Below are positions 10,029 through 20,462 of a stretch of DNA of 61,634 nt, in pieces (positions within the stretch are counted from its first letter, which is position 1; every line of letters starts with the position of its first letter). The stretch comes from Verrucomicrobiota bacterium (GTDB lineage Bacteria > Verrucomicrobiota > Verrucomicrobiia > Opitutales > Seribacteraceae): NCBI GenBank assembly GCA_027622665.1, contig JAQBYT010000020.1, positions 1 to 61,634 of the forward strand, in the 5' to 3' direction. A program made the position numbers and the translations under genes. The notes under the pieces are model-generated. The model was not told where the DNA came from. It was given only the letters and a program-made list of their open reading frames with translations, and did not search any database.

Positions 10029-12332
10029 ATGAAATTGCTTCAACAGACTCTCTTGGCCCTTCTTCTTTTCGTATCTTCGGCCTATCTCTCCTTGGGCATA
10101 GAGCTAAAGAAAGAAGTTCTTCGGGGAACTAAACAACTAACGCTAGAAGGCGATCTTGCCGAGAGAATGCTTGTTGGCGCCCATCGATTCCTCGATCGCA
10201 AACTGGCCGAGACCTTAGTCCGTCGATCGAAACATTGGGAAAAGGGTTTATCTTCTCCGAAAAAAAAGGAAGGTTTTTTAGACGACAATCGAAAGGAACT
10301 TGCTCGCATTTCAGGAGTAACGGATAAAAGAGTTCCCTTCGAAGCTCCTTCGCTAATGTCCACCACCACAAGGTCGGCCAAGGTAACGACAGGTTCAGGC
10401 TACGAGGTTCTTGCCATCCGCTGGCCAGTTCTAGAGGGAGTTTTCGGGGAAGGCTTGTTACTGCAACCTACAGGGCGAAAGCCTGTGGCAAACGTCCTTG
10501 CAATACCCGACGCCGATCAATCCCCGGAAGATATTGCAGGACTAACGACAAGTATCCCTCCCGCTGGTCAATTTGCGCGAAGATTGGCCGAAAGCGGCTG
10601 CCGGGTCGTCGTACCAGCGCTCGTCGGGCGAAACGTTCGAGTCCAAAGCGAGAGACGCAAGGGCATAAAAATAAGCGACAGGGAATTCCTGCATCGTTCG
10701 GCTTTTCTGATGGGGAGAACCTTGCAGGGATTCGAAATCCAAAAAGCCTTGGCCATGGTTGATTGGTTCGAGAAGGACAAGAGCACGCGGATCGGCCTGA
10801 TCGGTTGGGGCGAAGGAGGTTTGCTGGCCTTGCAGGCAGGGGCACTCGACCCACGCGTCGACGCCGTCTGCGTATCGGGACAATTCGGGCCACGCGAAGA
10901 CATGTGGCGTGAACCACTGGAACGAAACCTGTTCGGATTCCTCAATCATTTCGGAGACGCCGAACTGGCAGGTCTATTGGCCGAGAGAGCTTTGGTGGTG
11001 GAAGCAGCCAAGGGTCCGGAAGTGACCATCGATTCCACCGGCGCGGCTCCGGGCAAGTTAATCACGCCCTCTCTCGCCAAAGTTCGCGATGAGTTTTCCA
11101 GAGCGAAGATTTTGGTAAGTTCAACCAAATCCGCTTTAAGCTTATTTACCAGCGGGGAAGAGGGGAAGGGATCTCCCGGAGAAAGCCAAGCCCTGTTGAA
11201 ATTCTTGCAGTCGCTTTCCCCCGATGGACATTTAAGCAAGCGGGACAAGACCCAAAAAACGGCAACCACCCTACCCGACTCGAAAGCTCGCGAGAAACGA
11301 TCCTTCACCGAAATCGCATCTTACGTTCAAGAACTGGTGGAACAATCTCACCTTGTGCGAACGAGCGATTTTCAGCCCAGCCTCTCGTCACTCGACGCCT
11401 ACGCCAAGAGCACGGTTTCCCATCGTCGACGTTTCGAGGAGGAAGTCATTGGACGTTTCGAAGAGGATTTCCTCCCTCTCTCTCCTCGTTCCCGAAAAAT
11501 ATACGACAAGAAGAAATGGACGGGCCACGAAGTCGTTCTCGACGTGTACCCGGAACTCTTCGCCTATGGCGTCCTCCTCGTGCCGAAAAACATTCAGCCC
11601 GGCGAGCGGCGTCCCGTGGTGGTATGCCAGCATGGTCTGGAAGGACGCCCAAAAGACGTGATCGAGGGCGACCACCGAGCCTATCACGATTTCGCCGCCA
11701 AGCTCTGCGAAAAAGGCTACGTCGTATTCGCGCCCCAGAATCCGTACCTGATGGGAGACAAGTTTCGTTCCCTCCAAAGGAAGGCCAACCCGTTGGGAAA
11801 AACTCTCTTCTCCTTAATCGTGGCCCAGCATCGACAGATCGTACGATGGTTGGGCGAACTCCCCTTCACCGATCCCAAGAGCATCGCCTTCTACGGATTG
11901 TCCTACGGAGGTAAAACCGCCATGCGCGTTCCCGCTCTCGTGGAAGGATATTGTCTCTCCATTTGTTCGGCCGACTTCAACGACTGGATACGCAAAACCG
12001 GTTCCACGCGCCCCGGTGACGACCGATACAGCTACCCCTTCACGAACGAGTACGAAATCTTCGAGTTCAACTTGGGCCACACCTTCAACTATGCGGAAAT
12101 GGCGGCGCTAATCGCCCCGCGCCCCTTCATGGTCGAACGCGGTCACTTCGACGGTGTGGCCCCCGATGAGTGGGTCGCCGCCGAGTACTCGAAGATTCGC
12201 CGTCTTTACACACGACTCAAGATTTCCGATCGAACCGAAATCGAATGGTTCCTAGGCCCCCACACCATAAACGGCCAAGGCACCTTTCGCTTCCTCGACA
12301 AATGGCTCGATTGGCCGCCAATGGACAAGTAA
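10029..12332 (+). CDS. secreted double alpha/beta-hydrolase (dienelactone hydrolase-like), PVC-type
   Basis: Signal peptide; two hydrolase-like halves (GLIGWGEGG; VVCQHGLEG; FYGLSYGG nucleophile elbow; GPH). Confidence 0.75.
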   Translation: MKLLQQTLLALLLFVSSAYLSLGIELKKEVLRGTKQLTLEGDLAERMLVGAHRFLDRKLAETLVRRSKHWEKGLSSPKKKEGFLDDNRKELARISGVTDKRVPFEAPSLMSTTTRSAKVTTGSGYEVLAIRWPVLEGVFGEGLLLQPTGRKPVANVLAIPDADQSPEDIAGLTTSIPPAGQFARRLAESGCRVVVPALVGRNVRVQSERRKGIKISDREFLHRSAFLMGRTLQGFEIQKALAMVDWFEKDKSTRIGLIGWGEGGLLALQAGALDPRVDAVCVSGQFGPREDMWREPLERNLFGFLNHFGDAELAGLLAERALVVEAAKGPEVTIDSTGAAPGKLITPSLAKVRDEFSRAKILVSSTKSALSLFTSGEEGKGSPGESQALLKFLQSLSPDGHLSKRDKTQKTATTLPDSKAREKRSFTEIASYVQELVEQSHLVRTSDFQPSLSSLDAYAKSTVSHRRRFEEEVIGRFEEDFLPLSPRSRKIYDKKKWTGHEVVLDVYPELFAYGVLLVPKNIQPGERRPVVVCQHGLEGRPKDVIEGDHRAYHDFAAKLCEKGYVVFAPQNPYLMGDKFRSLQRKANPLGKTLFSLIVAQHRQIVRWLGELPFTDPKSIAFYGLSYGGKTAMRVPALVEGYCLSICSADFNDWIRKTGSTRPGDDRYSYPFTNEYEIFEFNLGHTFNYAEMAALIAPRPFMVERGHFDGVAPDEWVAAEYSKIRRLYTRLKISDRTEIEWFLGPHTINGQGTFRFLDKWLDWPPMDK

Positions 12333-12334
12333 AT

Positions 12335-13699
12335 CTAGCCGTTAAGGCCTCCGAAATACTTCCGCGCGGCTTGCATTACTTTGGGTGCGAGCAAGAGTGA
12401 AGAGAGTATAGTCGGTACCGCCATGAGACCGAAGGAAACATCCAGAAAGTTGATTACATCGTCCATAGCCACCACCGCCGAGATCACGATGGCGGCGAGA
12501 TAAAATATGGCCAATGGGATTCTTGCCCGCGACCCGAACAAAAAGCACCCACACTTGGTTACATAGTAGGAAAAACCGATCATCGATGAAAAACTAAGGA
12601 ACAGTACACAGATCAGCAGTAGGTAAGGCCCGGCTCCCGGGATTCCCTCCTTAAAGGCACGAGCAGTCAGGATCACGCCATCCTCTCCACCGGCTTCCGA
12701 AACTCCGGTCACTAGGATTACTAGGCCAGTGATGGTGCAGACGATCAAGGTATCGATCATCGGGCCCAACATGGCGACCATTCCTTCGCGAATCGGTTCG
12801 CGGGTCTTGGCGGCCCCATGGGCCATAGCCTCCGTCCCCATTCCAGCCTCGTTGGAAAAAGCGGCTCGTTGGACCCCAATCATAATCACGGTGCCCAAAG
12901 CCCCACCGGCCACAGCCTCACCCGAAAAGGCATACTTGAAAATCGAGGCCAAGGCGTCGGGTATCTCGGACAAATGCCCGCCTAGAATGACCAAAGCGCA
13001 TACCGCGTAGAGAATAACCATCCCGGGAACGAGCCATGCAGCGACTCGGCCGATACGCTTTATGCCGCCAATAATGACACTCCCCACAAGCAACGCCACA
13101 CACAAACCGAAGAGGCCGTTTCCAAAGTTCACTCGATCCTCCGAACCCACGAACAATCCGTAGGGCTCGAAAAACATGTCCCGAACGATCTGTGTAAGTT
13201 GATTCGACTGAAGCAGCGGCAAACACCCAAACATACCGCAGATGCAAAACATGACTGCCAAAGGCTTCCACTTTGGGCCGAGCCCCTCAATGATGAAATA
13301 CATCGGGCCACCCTGAACCTGCCCCGCGTCGTCTGTGCCCCTATACATGATGGACAAGCTACAAGTAAAAAACTTCGTCGCCATCCCGACCAAGGCGCAC
13401 ACCCACATCCAAAACAAAGCCCCGGGGCCACCGGTAGTGACTGCAATCGCCACCCCCGCCACGTTCCCCATACCAACCGTACCCGACAAGGCGCTGCACA
13501 AGGCTTGAAAATGACTAACTTCGCCGGGCGCCCGCTCATCATCATACTTGCCCAGCAATACACGAACACCATGCCCAAGATATAGGAAAGGAAGGAATCT
13601 TGAGTAAAAAGTGAAGAATACTCCACCACCCAACAAAAGCACCAACAAGGGAAGCCCCCATAGCCAACCGGATGCAACCTTCAAGAATTCTGACATCAC
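12335..13699 (-). CDS. alanine/glycine:cation symporter (AGCS family)
   Basis: SGTVGMGNVAGVA, GGPGALFWMW, GGPMY, AFSNEAGMG, IDTLIVCT. Confidence 0.93.
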   Translation of the reverse strand: MMSEFLKVASGWLWGLPLLVLLLGGGVFFTFYSRFLPFLYLGHGVRVLLGKYDDERAPGEVSHFQALCSALSGTVGMGNVAGVAIAVTTGGPGALFWMWVCALVGMATKFFTCSLSIMYRGTDDAGQVQGGPMYFIIEGLGPKWKPLAVMFCICGMFGCLPLLQSNQLTQIVRDMFFEPYGLFVGSEDRVNFGNGLFGLCVALLVGSVIIGGIKRIGRVAAWLVPGMVILYAVCALVILGGHLSEIPDALASIFKYAFSGEAVAGGALGTVIMIGVQRAAFSNEAGMGTEAMAHGAAKTREPIREGMVAMLGPMIDTLIVCTITGLVILVTGVSEAGGEDGVILTARAFKEGIPGAGPYLLLICVLFLSFSSMIGFSYYVTKCGCFLFGSRARIPLAIFYLAAIVISAVVAMDDVINFLDVSFGLMAVPTILSSLLLAPKVMQAARKYFGGLNG

Positions 13700-13802
13700 T
13701 CATGTTCCTTCCGGAAGCCTAGACAAAGTCAAGACTTGCCGAAGCAATAATGAACAAGGGATTGCTTGACCCCGAGTTCGTCGAGACTAATGATTACATG
13801 GA

Positions 13803-13997
13803 ATGAAAAACCTACTATTGATATCTCTAGCGTCTATCTGCCTTGCCTTCGCTTCCTCCTGCGGTTCCGAAGCCGGAGCCAAGGATCTCTGCGACAAATG
13901 TGGAGACGAGAAGGGCACCGAACAATGCTGCAACGTCGGCGCCGAAAAATGCGAAAAGTGCAGCAAGAACAAAGGTTCTCCCGGCTGCTGCAAGTAG
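13803..13997 (+). CDS. small cysteine-rich lipoprotein
   Basis: Signal peptide with lipobox FASSC, then two repeats CxKC-x4-G(T/S)xxCC. Confidence 0.7.
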   Translation: MKNLLLISLASICLAFASSCGSEAGAKDLCDKCGDEKGTEQCCNVGAEKCEKCSKNKGSPGCCK

Positions 13998-14157
13998 CTC
14001 GCCTTTAATTCTGCAGGCCAATTGTTCCTGCACGCCCAAGCCGAACTCGCCGAGTTTCGGTTTAGTTCTGTTTAGCTCCCTTGCAGGATTTAATCCCCTA
14101 AACGAGCAAGCGTAATTAGCATTTCAGGTTTGTCCAAGTCATGATCGTGAGAGACTC

Positions 14158-15531
14158 ATGCAAAATTGGTTGAACAAGGCTTTTATATGCTGCTTGTCGA
14201 TGTACGCGTTGGCTTGTTTGGGACGAGCAAAAGCCGACAAACAAGACAACGCAAATTGGCCTTCGTTTCGCGGTGTTCATGCTGCGGGGATAAGCGAAGG
14301 ACCTGGCTTGCCGAAGAAGTTTGATGGCCGAACGAGCGAAGGATTGATCTTCAAAGTCGAGATCCCGGGCTTGGCCCATTCGAGCCCGATCGTGTGGGGC
14401 AAAACGTTGTTTCTGACAACAGCAGTAAGCAGAGAAGCCGGAGCTTCCTTCAACCCGGGTTTGTACGGTTCGGGTGAGGCGTCCAAGGATCGAACCGTGC
14501 ACGAGTGGCTGATCATGTGTTACGACAAGCGCACGGGAAAACTGCTCTGGAAAAAAACCGCGACGAAGGGACGACCGACAGACAAACGCCACGTAAAGGC
14601 GACCTACGCCAACTCGACGCCGGCAACGGACGGCAAGCACGTTGTGGCTTTTTTTGGTTCCGAGGGATTGTTCGCCTACACGGTGGAGGGTGATTTCTTA
14701 TGGAAGAAGGACTTGGGACGTCTAGACGTGGGAGCCTACGACCTTCCCAGCTACGAATGGGGTTCCGCCAGTTCGCCTGTAATTCATGAAGGGAAAGTCA
14801 TCGTCCAATGCGACACGCAGGGTGAATCGTTTCTCACCGCGCTGGACGTCCGCACAGGGCGAACTCTCTGGAAAACCCCTAGGGACGAGTTGCCTTCCTG
14901 GGGCACGCCAACGGTGGTGCCGGGCAAGAAGCGAACGCAGGTGGTAGCAAACGGTTCGAACTTTATCCGTGGGTATGAATTCGAAACCGGGAAAGAACTT
15001 TGGAGATTGGGTGGCAGTTCGAAAATCACAGCCCCCACGCCCGTCTTCGAGGCAGGACTCATCGTAGTGGCCAGTGGACGAGCTCCGGAACGCCCCATCT
15101 TCGCGATACGAGAGGAGGCTTTGGGGGACCTTACGCTAAACCCGGGCAAAACCAAGAACGAGTTCGTGGCATGGAGTCACGTAAAGCGCGGACCTTACAT
15201 GCCGACGCCGCTTATTTATAGAGAAAAGGTATACCTCCTCCACAACGGCGGCATTTTCGCATGCCACGACCTGAGAAGCGGCCACGAATTAAACCGAAGT
15301 AGAATCCCGCATAAGGCATTTGGATTCAGTGCTTCGCCCGTGGCAACGAACGGAAAGATTTATCTTTCAGGCGAAGATGGACTCGTGTTCGAAATGAAGG
15401 CGGGAGACGAGCCGATACTGCTTGCTGTTCACGAAATGGGCGAACCATTATTGGCTTCTCCGGCTCTTTCGGAAGGCGTGATGTACCTACGAGGACAGAA
15501 GCATTTGTTCGCAGTGGGAAAGCATAAGTAG
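14158..15531 (+). CDS. PQQ-binding-like beta-propeller protein (BamB-like repeats)
   Basis: Signal peptide, NWPSFRG, HSSPIVWG, repeated D..TGK.LW and SPA motifs. Confidence 0.88.
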   Translation: MQNWLNKAFICCLSMYALACLGRAKADKQDNANWPSFRGVHAAGISEGPGLPKKFDGRTSEGLIFKVEIPGLAHSSPIVWGKTLFLTTAVSREAGASFNPGLYGSGEASKDRTVHEWLIMCYDKRTGKLLWKKTATKGRPTDKRHVKATYANSTPATDGKHVVAFFGSEGLFAYTVEGDFLWKKDLGRLDVGAYDLPSYEWGSASSPVIHEGKVIVQCDTQGESFLTALDVRTGRTLWKTPRDELPSWGTPTVVPGKKRTQVVANGSNFIRGYEFETGKELWRLGGSSKITAPTPVFEAGLIVVASGRAPERPIFAIREEALGDLTLNPGKTKNEFVAWSHVKRGPYMPTPLIYREKVYLLHNGGIFACHDLRSGHELNRSRIPHKAFGFSASPVATNGKIYLSGEDGLVFEMKAGDEPILLAVHEMGEPLLASPALSEGVMYLRGQKHLFAVGKHK

Positions 15532-15602
15532 GGAACGGGAATTACTCTTTTTTAGTGGTTCTCGATTGCGAAACAATGCATTGCAGGCATTTTCTCTAGG
15601 AA

Positions 15603-18600
15603 ATGCTTAGATGGCGCCCAAGGTTTTCCCGAGCTCGGAGATTCGCACTGCTTGCAACGATTTCTTGTGCAGGTGTTTCGCTCCAAGGCATGGATGGATT
15701 ACGGATACTTAAGGAAAATTGCTTTCGGTGTCATGGGGAAGACAAGCGAAAGGGCGGATTGGTACTAACCTCACGTGAATTGGCGCTCAAAGGCGGCGAC
15801 GAGGGCAAGGTAATAGATCTCGAAAAACCCGAGGAAAGCCGAATTTTGAAACTTATCCTCGAAAATGCCGACCCACATATGCCGCCAAAGAAGCAATTAA
15901 CGGCAAAAGAAATCCAACAAGTTACCGAGTGGCTATCCAATGGAGCAAAATGGGACGCGGAAATATTGGCGGAATTACCGGAAAGGAAAGTGGAAAAGTG
16001 GCGGGCGTTGCCGAAGGGGTTTCTTCCGGTGGGAGCGTTGGCGACTTCGCCGGACGGAACGAAATTGGCGGTGGGTCGCGGCAAAGCCGTCGAGCTGTTC
16101 GACTTATCGGAAAAGGATACCAACGGCTCGGGAGTATGGAAAGGACATCAAGATGAGGTACGTTCCTTGGCATGGAACCCTACCGGCAAGCTTTTGGCGT
16201 CCGGAGGATTTGGCCAAGTTCTCGTGCGGGAGACAAAGCTCGGTAAGCTGATTCAAAAAATTGACGACGGTTTGTCCGGCAGAATCACAAGCCTGACCTT
16301 TGCGGGGAAGAACGGCGAATGGTTGGTTGTCGCGGACGGCGAGCCGACAGTGTCGGGTCGCTTGGTGATTTTCAATACAAAGACTTGGGAGCGAACTGAG
16401 ACGATTCGAGCTCATAGCGATTCCATTTACGGCCTTTCCACTAGCCCCGACGGAAAACTGGTGGCAACTGCAAGCGCGGACAAGTTGGCGAAACTGTGGA
16501 AGAGTGGTTCCTGGAAGTCTACAGGAAGCTTGGAAGGACATACCGAATACGTAATGGCAGCGGCTTTCTCTCCGGATGGGGAACGTATTGCAACGGCGGG
16601 AGCGGATGCCTCCATCAAGGCTTGGAAGGTGAAGACGCTAAAGGAGTTCAGTACTTTTTCCGGGAGGCAAGCAAAGTTGCCCAAAACGGATTTGTTATGG
16701 AAACTCAATCCCACAAAGGAAAAGCCGGATAAGGACGATGATTGGATCATCGCCGTGGGAGCGGATGGAACGCCAAGAGTGTTCACTGATTTGGTCGAGC
16801 ATGAGGGAGCCCAAACCTCGACCGGAGCCAAGGAACGAGCGTGGACGAATAACGAAGTCGCGCATACTGCAGTAGCTTTTTCGGAATCGAACAAACAAGT
16901 GATCACAGGCGACGTAAAAGGCGTGATCACCGTTTGGGATAAAAACGGAAAAAGCCTAAGGCAGTTGAAACCTGAACCAACGGACAACAATGCGACCGCC
17001 GAAGGTGGCCTGATTAGCTTCCGCAACGATGTCTTGCCTATACTTTCTCGTTCCGGATGCGCGGGGGGTAGTTGTCATGCAAAAGCGGGCGGCCGAAACG
17101 GTTTTCAGCTTTCGATTTTCTCTTTTGACCCCAAGAGCGACCATCGTGAAATCGTGTGGGATTCCAGGAGTCGAAGAGTGATGCCGGCGGCTCCGGAGGA
17201 AAGCCTGTTGCTTCGGAAACCGACGCAGGCAATCGATCACGAAGGAGGAAAGCGCTTCGAAAAGAACTCGGCATTCTACAAAGTGCTACGGGACTGGATT
17301 GCGCAAGGCGCCCCCTACTCCGTCCCGGGTGAACCCGAGCTCGATTTAATCGCAGCAACTCCGCCAACGGGGCGTTACAAAAGGGGGCAGAAGCTTCGAC
17401 TTAAAGTAACCGCTCGCTATTCCGACGAATCCGAAAGAAGCGTCACCCACCTCGCCGAGTACCAATCGAACGATGAAGGGATGGCGATCGTTGACGAGGA
17501 TGGTGTCGTCACTTTGGGCCAACAACCGGGAGAAGGGGTGGTGATGGTCCGCTATCTGGATGAAGTGGCAATTGTCCGCCTTACGATACCCGTAGACAAA
17601 CTGCTTCCAAAAGATGCATACGACGGCTTGGCGGTCGGCAACGAAATCGACCGTCTCGTTTATTCAAGGCACAAGGAAATGGGGTTGCTCGTTTCCGAAA
17701 TCTGCACCGACTCCGAATTCATTCGGCGGGCCTCGCTCGACACGGTGGGCAAGTTGCCAAAGGGTACGACCGTTCGCAAGTTTCTAGCCGACGAGTCTCC
17801 CGACAAACGCCAAAAGCTGGTCGATTCGTTGTTAACCGATTCCGACTGGGCCGACTACTGGGCGATCAAGTTCGGGGATCTGCTTCGCCCAAACATACAA
17901 CGGGTGGGTGTTAAGCCCGTCTACCTAATGGATCGCTGGATTCGCAGGCGCTTTCGCGAAAACGTACCGTACGACGACTTTGTTCATGAGTTGTTGACGG
18001 CCGAGGGCAGTAGCCATGAATACGGGCCAATCGCACTCTATCGCCACAAGCGAGAACCCGCCGATACGGGAGCCTTCGTAAGTCGCATCTTTTTAGGCGT
18101 TCGATTGGAGTGTGCGAAGTGCCATCACCATCCGAATGAAAAATGGAGCCAAGACGATTACTACCAAATGGCGGCTTTCTTTGGTTCAATGAAAAGGAAG
18201 GGACAAGGTATTTCAGCCCCGATCTCGGGCGAACCCGAGTATTGGTGGTTCCAACCCGGAGGAGAAGTAAAGCATCCTGTATCGGGAGAGAAAATGGTAT
18301 GTAAAGCGCCGGACGGGCCCGTTGCCGAAATCCCCGAAGACCTCGACCCACGCAAAGCCTTGCTCGACTGGATGCTGACCGCCGAAAACCCTTTCTTTGC
18401 CCAAGCCGCTACAAACCGTATCTGGGCAGAGTTCTTCGGTTTTGGAATCGTCCATCCGGTGGATGACTTCCGAGCCTCGAATCCACCATCCAACGGTCCG
18501 CTGTTGGCATGGTTGGCCAAGGATTTCATCGCTCACGATTACGATCTCAAGCACCTCATGCGACGCATACTGAATTCCCGTGTCTATCAGGCATCCTCAA

Positions 18601-19121
18601 TGCCCAACCAGACCAATGCTCGCGACGAACGAAACTACGCAAGGTCTCTGCGTCGTAGATATGCCGCTGAGGTCATGGCAGGAGCGGTAGTGCAAGCTAC
18701 GGGGATCTCGGAAAAGTTCGACGGACTTCCCCCCGACGCCCGAGCAACGACAGTCTGGAACACTAGCGTGGATTCTCTCTTCCTCGATGTTTTCGGCAGG
18801 CCCGATGCCAGCGCGGAGGCACCATGCGAACGAGACCCGTCCCCCACCATTGTACACTCTCTACACCTAATGAATTCGGAAAAGCTCCAGGCCCGCATTT
18901 CACATAAGAATGGACGTGCCGCCACGCTCGCCAAAAGCGATAAAAAGCCCGAGGCACTCGTGGAGGAAATTTACCTCGAGTTGTATGCTCGCTTCCCATC
19001 CGAGGAAGAACGGGAAATTGCGACAAAATCCTTTGAGGATGAAAACGCCACTAGAAAAACTGCATCCGAAGACTTAATCTGGGCCTTGATCAACACGCCC
19101 GAATTCGTATTGAATCATTAG
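15603..19121 (+). CDS. planctomycete cytochrome c / WD40 / Ig-like / DUF1549-DUF1553 protein
   Basis: CxxCH haem motifs (CFRCH, CAKCHHHP), WD40 repeats (GH..V..LA.SPDG), EFIRRASLD, ANRIW-like motif, EDLIWALINTPEFVLNH. Confidence 0.9.
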   Translation: MLRWRPRFSRARRFALLATISCAGVSLQGMDGLRILKENCFRCHGEDKRKGGLVLTSRELALKGGDEGKVIDLEKPEESRILKLILENADPHMPPKKQLTAKEIQQVTEWLSNGAKWDAEILAELPERKVEKWRALPKGFLPVGALATSPDGTKLAVGRGKAVELFDLSEKDTNGSGVWKGHQDEVRSLAWNPTGKLLASGGFGQVLVRETKLGKLIQKIDDGLSGRITSLTFAGKNGEWLVVADGEPTVSGRLVIFNTKTWERTETIRAHSDSIYGLSTSPDGKLVATASADKLAKLWKSGSWKSTGSLEGHTEYVMAAAFSPDGERIATAGADASIKAWKVKTLKEFSTFSGRQAKLPKTDLLWKLNPTKEKPDKDDDWIIAVGADGTPRVFTDLVEHEGAQTSTGAKERAWTNNEVAHTAVAFSESNKQVITGDVKGVITVWDKNGKSLRQLKPEPTDNNATAEGGLISFRNDVLPILSRSGCAGGSCHAKAGGRNGFQLSIFSFDPKSDHREIVWDSRSRRVMPAAPEESLLLRKPTQAIDHEGGKRFEKNSAFYKVLRDWIAQGAPYSVPGEPELDLIAATPPTGRYKRGQKLRLKVTARYSDESERSVTHLAEYQSNDEGMAIVDEDGVVTLGQQPGEGVVMVRYLDEVAIVRLTIPVDKLLPKDAYDGLAVGNEIDRLVYSRHKEMGLLVSEICTDSEFIRRASLDTVGKLPKGTTVRKFLADESPDKRQKLVDSLLTDSDWADYWAIKFGDLLRPNIQRVGVKPVYLMDRWIRRRFRENVPYDDFVHELLTAEGSSHEYGPIALYRHKREPADTGAFVSRIFLGVRLECAKCHHHPNEKWSQDDYYQMAAFFGSMKRKGQGISAPISGEPEYWWFQPGGEVKHPVSGEKMVCKAPDGPVAEIPEDLDPRKALLDWMLTAENPFFAQAATNRIWAEFFGFGIVHPVDDFRASNPPSNGPLLAWLAKDFIAHDYDLKHLMRRILNSRVYQASSMPNQTNARDERNYARSLRRRYAAEVMAGAVVQATGISEKFDGLPPDARATTVWNTSVDSLFLDVFGRPDASAEAPCERDPSPTIVHSLHLMNSEKLQARISHKNGRAATLAKSDKKPEALVEEIYLELYARFPSEEEREIATKSFEDENATRKTASEDLIWALINTPEFVLNH

Positions 19122-19130
19122 TAATAAAAT

Positions 19131-20462
19131 ATGAGGAATTCAAAAAGGAACTGCAATGGCTTGGCTCGTCGAGATTTTCTTCAAGTCGGAATGGGGGCAT
19201 TGGGAGGTCTGGGCCTGACCGATCTCCTTCGCCTTCGCGCCGAGGCAAAAGCTGCAGGCAGCCAGATAAAAGACGTTCGCTGTATTTTCGTTTGGCTCGA
19301 CGGTGGCCCCAGTCACTACGAAACCTTCGACCCAAAACCTGATGCCCCCGAAGGGATCAAGGGCGAGTTCGGAACCGTAAAGACCCCTGTGCCCGGTGTC
19401 CGCTTCAGCGAGCACATACCACATTTGGCCAAGGCTTTCGACAAGTACACCGTGGTGCGTTCGATAGCCCACAAGCAAAATAATCACGGAGCGGGCAATC
19501 ACTACCTGATGACCGGTCGCCCTACCCCAGTGCCCGTAGGCTGCGGCGCGTCCGTCACCTTTCATCCGTCATTCGGTTCCGTGGTGGCAAAGGAGCGCGG
19601 AATTCGCGAAGGGTTGCCGAGTTATGTTAGCCTACTCCGCATGTCCCGCTCGGGTGGACCGAATTTCCTCGGAGCGCCATTCGCTCCATTCGTGATTAAG
19701 GATGATCCGAATAATGAGAATTTCAAGGTCAGAGACGTCAGCATTCCAAAGGGGATTGCCGACGTTCGTTCCGACAACCGTCGCCTACTCCGCAAAAACC
19801 TCGACCGACTAGAACGAATCCAAGACAAGGCCGCTAACGACCCCGCCGTCAGCATCGACGAATTCTACCGGCAGGGCTACCAGCTGGTGTACTCCAAAAA
19901 GGCTCAAGCCGCGTTCGATATTTCGAGTGAGCCTGAGAAAACTAGAGAAAAATATGGAAGCAACGACTTTGGGCAACGTCTACTGTTAGCGCGACGCCTC
20001 ACCGAGGTGGGCGTGCCCTTCGTCACCGTTTACTACGGAGGTTGGGACCACCATACTGATATTTTCCCGACCTTAAAAGACAAAGCCCTGCCCAAGCTCG
20101 ACCAAGGGCTTGCAGCTCTCATGGACGACCTGCACGATCGCGGTTCCATAGAGAACACACTCGTTATTTGCCTCGGCGAATTCGGGCGCACGCCAAAGGT
20201 GAATCCCCAAGGAGGTCGTGACCACTGGTCTTTCGCGATGTCCGTGATGATGGGCGGAGCAGGTATTCCCGGAGGGCAAATAGTTGGGGCAACCGACCTC
20301 AAGGGTTACTACGCAAACGAAAACGTTTACGCACCCGAGGATTTCGCCGCCTCCCTCTACACAAAAATGGGAATCGATCACGCACAAGTTCTCCATACGC
20401 CCGTAGGTCGCCCTATCCAACTCATAGACAAGGGACGGCTCATCAAGGAACTTTTCGCTTGA
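19131..20462 (+). CDS. DUF1501 domain protein (Tat-exported)
   Basis: RRDFLQVG Tat motif, WLDGGPSHYETFDPKP, LLARRL, GGWDHH, GEFGRTP, GRDHW. Confidence 0.92.
   Translation: MRNSKRNCNGLARRDFLQVGMGALGGLGLTDLLRLRAEAKAAGSQIKDVRCIFVWLDGGPSHYETFDPKPDAPEGIKGEFGTVKTPVPGVRFSEHIPHLAKAFDKYTVVRSIAHKQNNHGAGNHYLMTGRPTPVPVGCGASVTFHPSFGSVVAKERGIREGLPSYVSLLRMSRSGGPNFLGAPFAPFVIKDDPNNENFKVRDVSIPKGIADVRSDNRRLLRKNLDRLERIQDKAANDPAVSIDEFYRQGYQLVYSKKAQAAFDISSEPEKTREKYGSNDFGQRLLLARRLTEVGVPFVTVYYGGWDHHTDIFPTLKDKALPKLDQGLAALMDDLHDRGSIENTLVICLGEFGRTPKVNPQGGRDHWSFAMSVMMGGAGIPGGQIVGATDLKGYYANENVYAPEDFAASLYTKMGIDHAQVLHTPVGRPIQLIDKGRLIKELFA

Noticed and set aside
14038..14064. Hairpin CCGAACTC-GCC-GAGTTTCGG after the Cys-rich gene as a terminator
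   Set aside because: Bulged stem, 3-nt loop and short U-tract; too weak to call.
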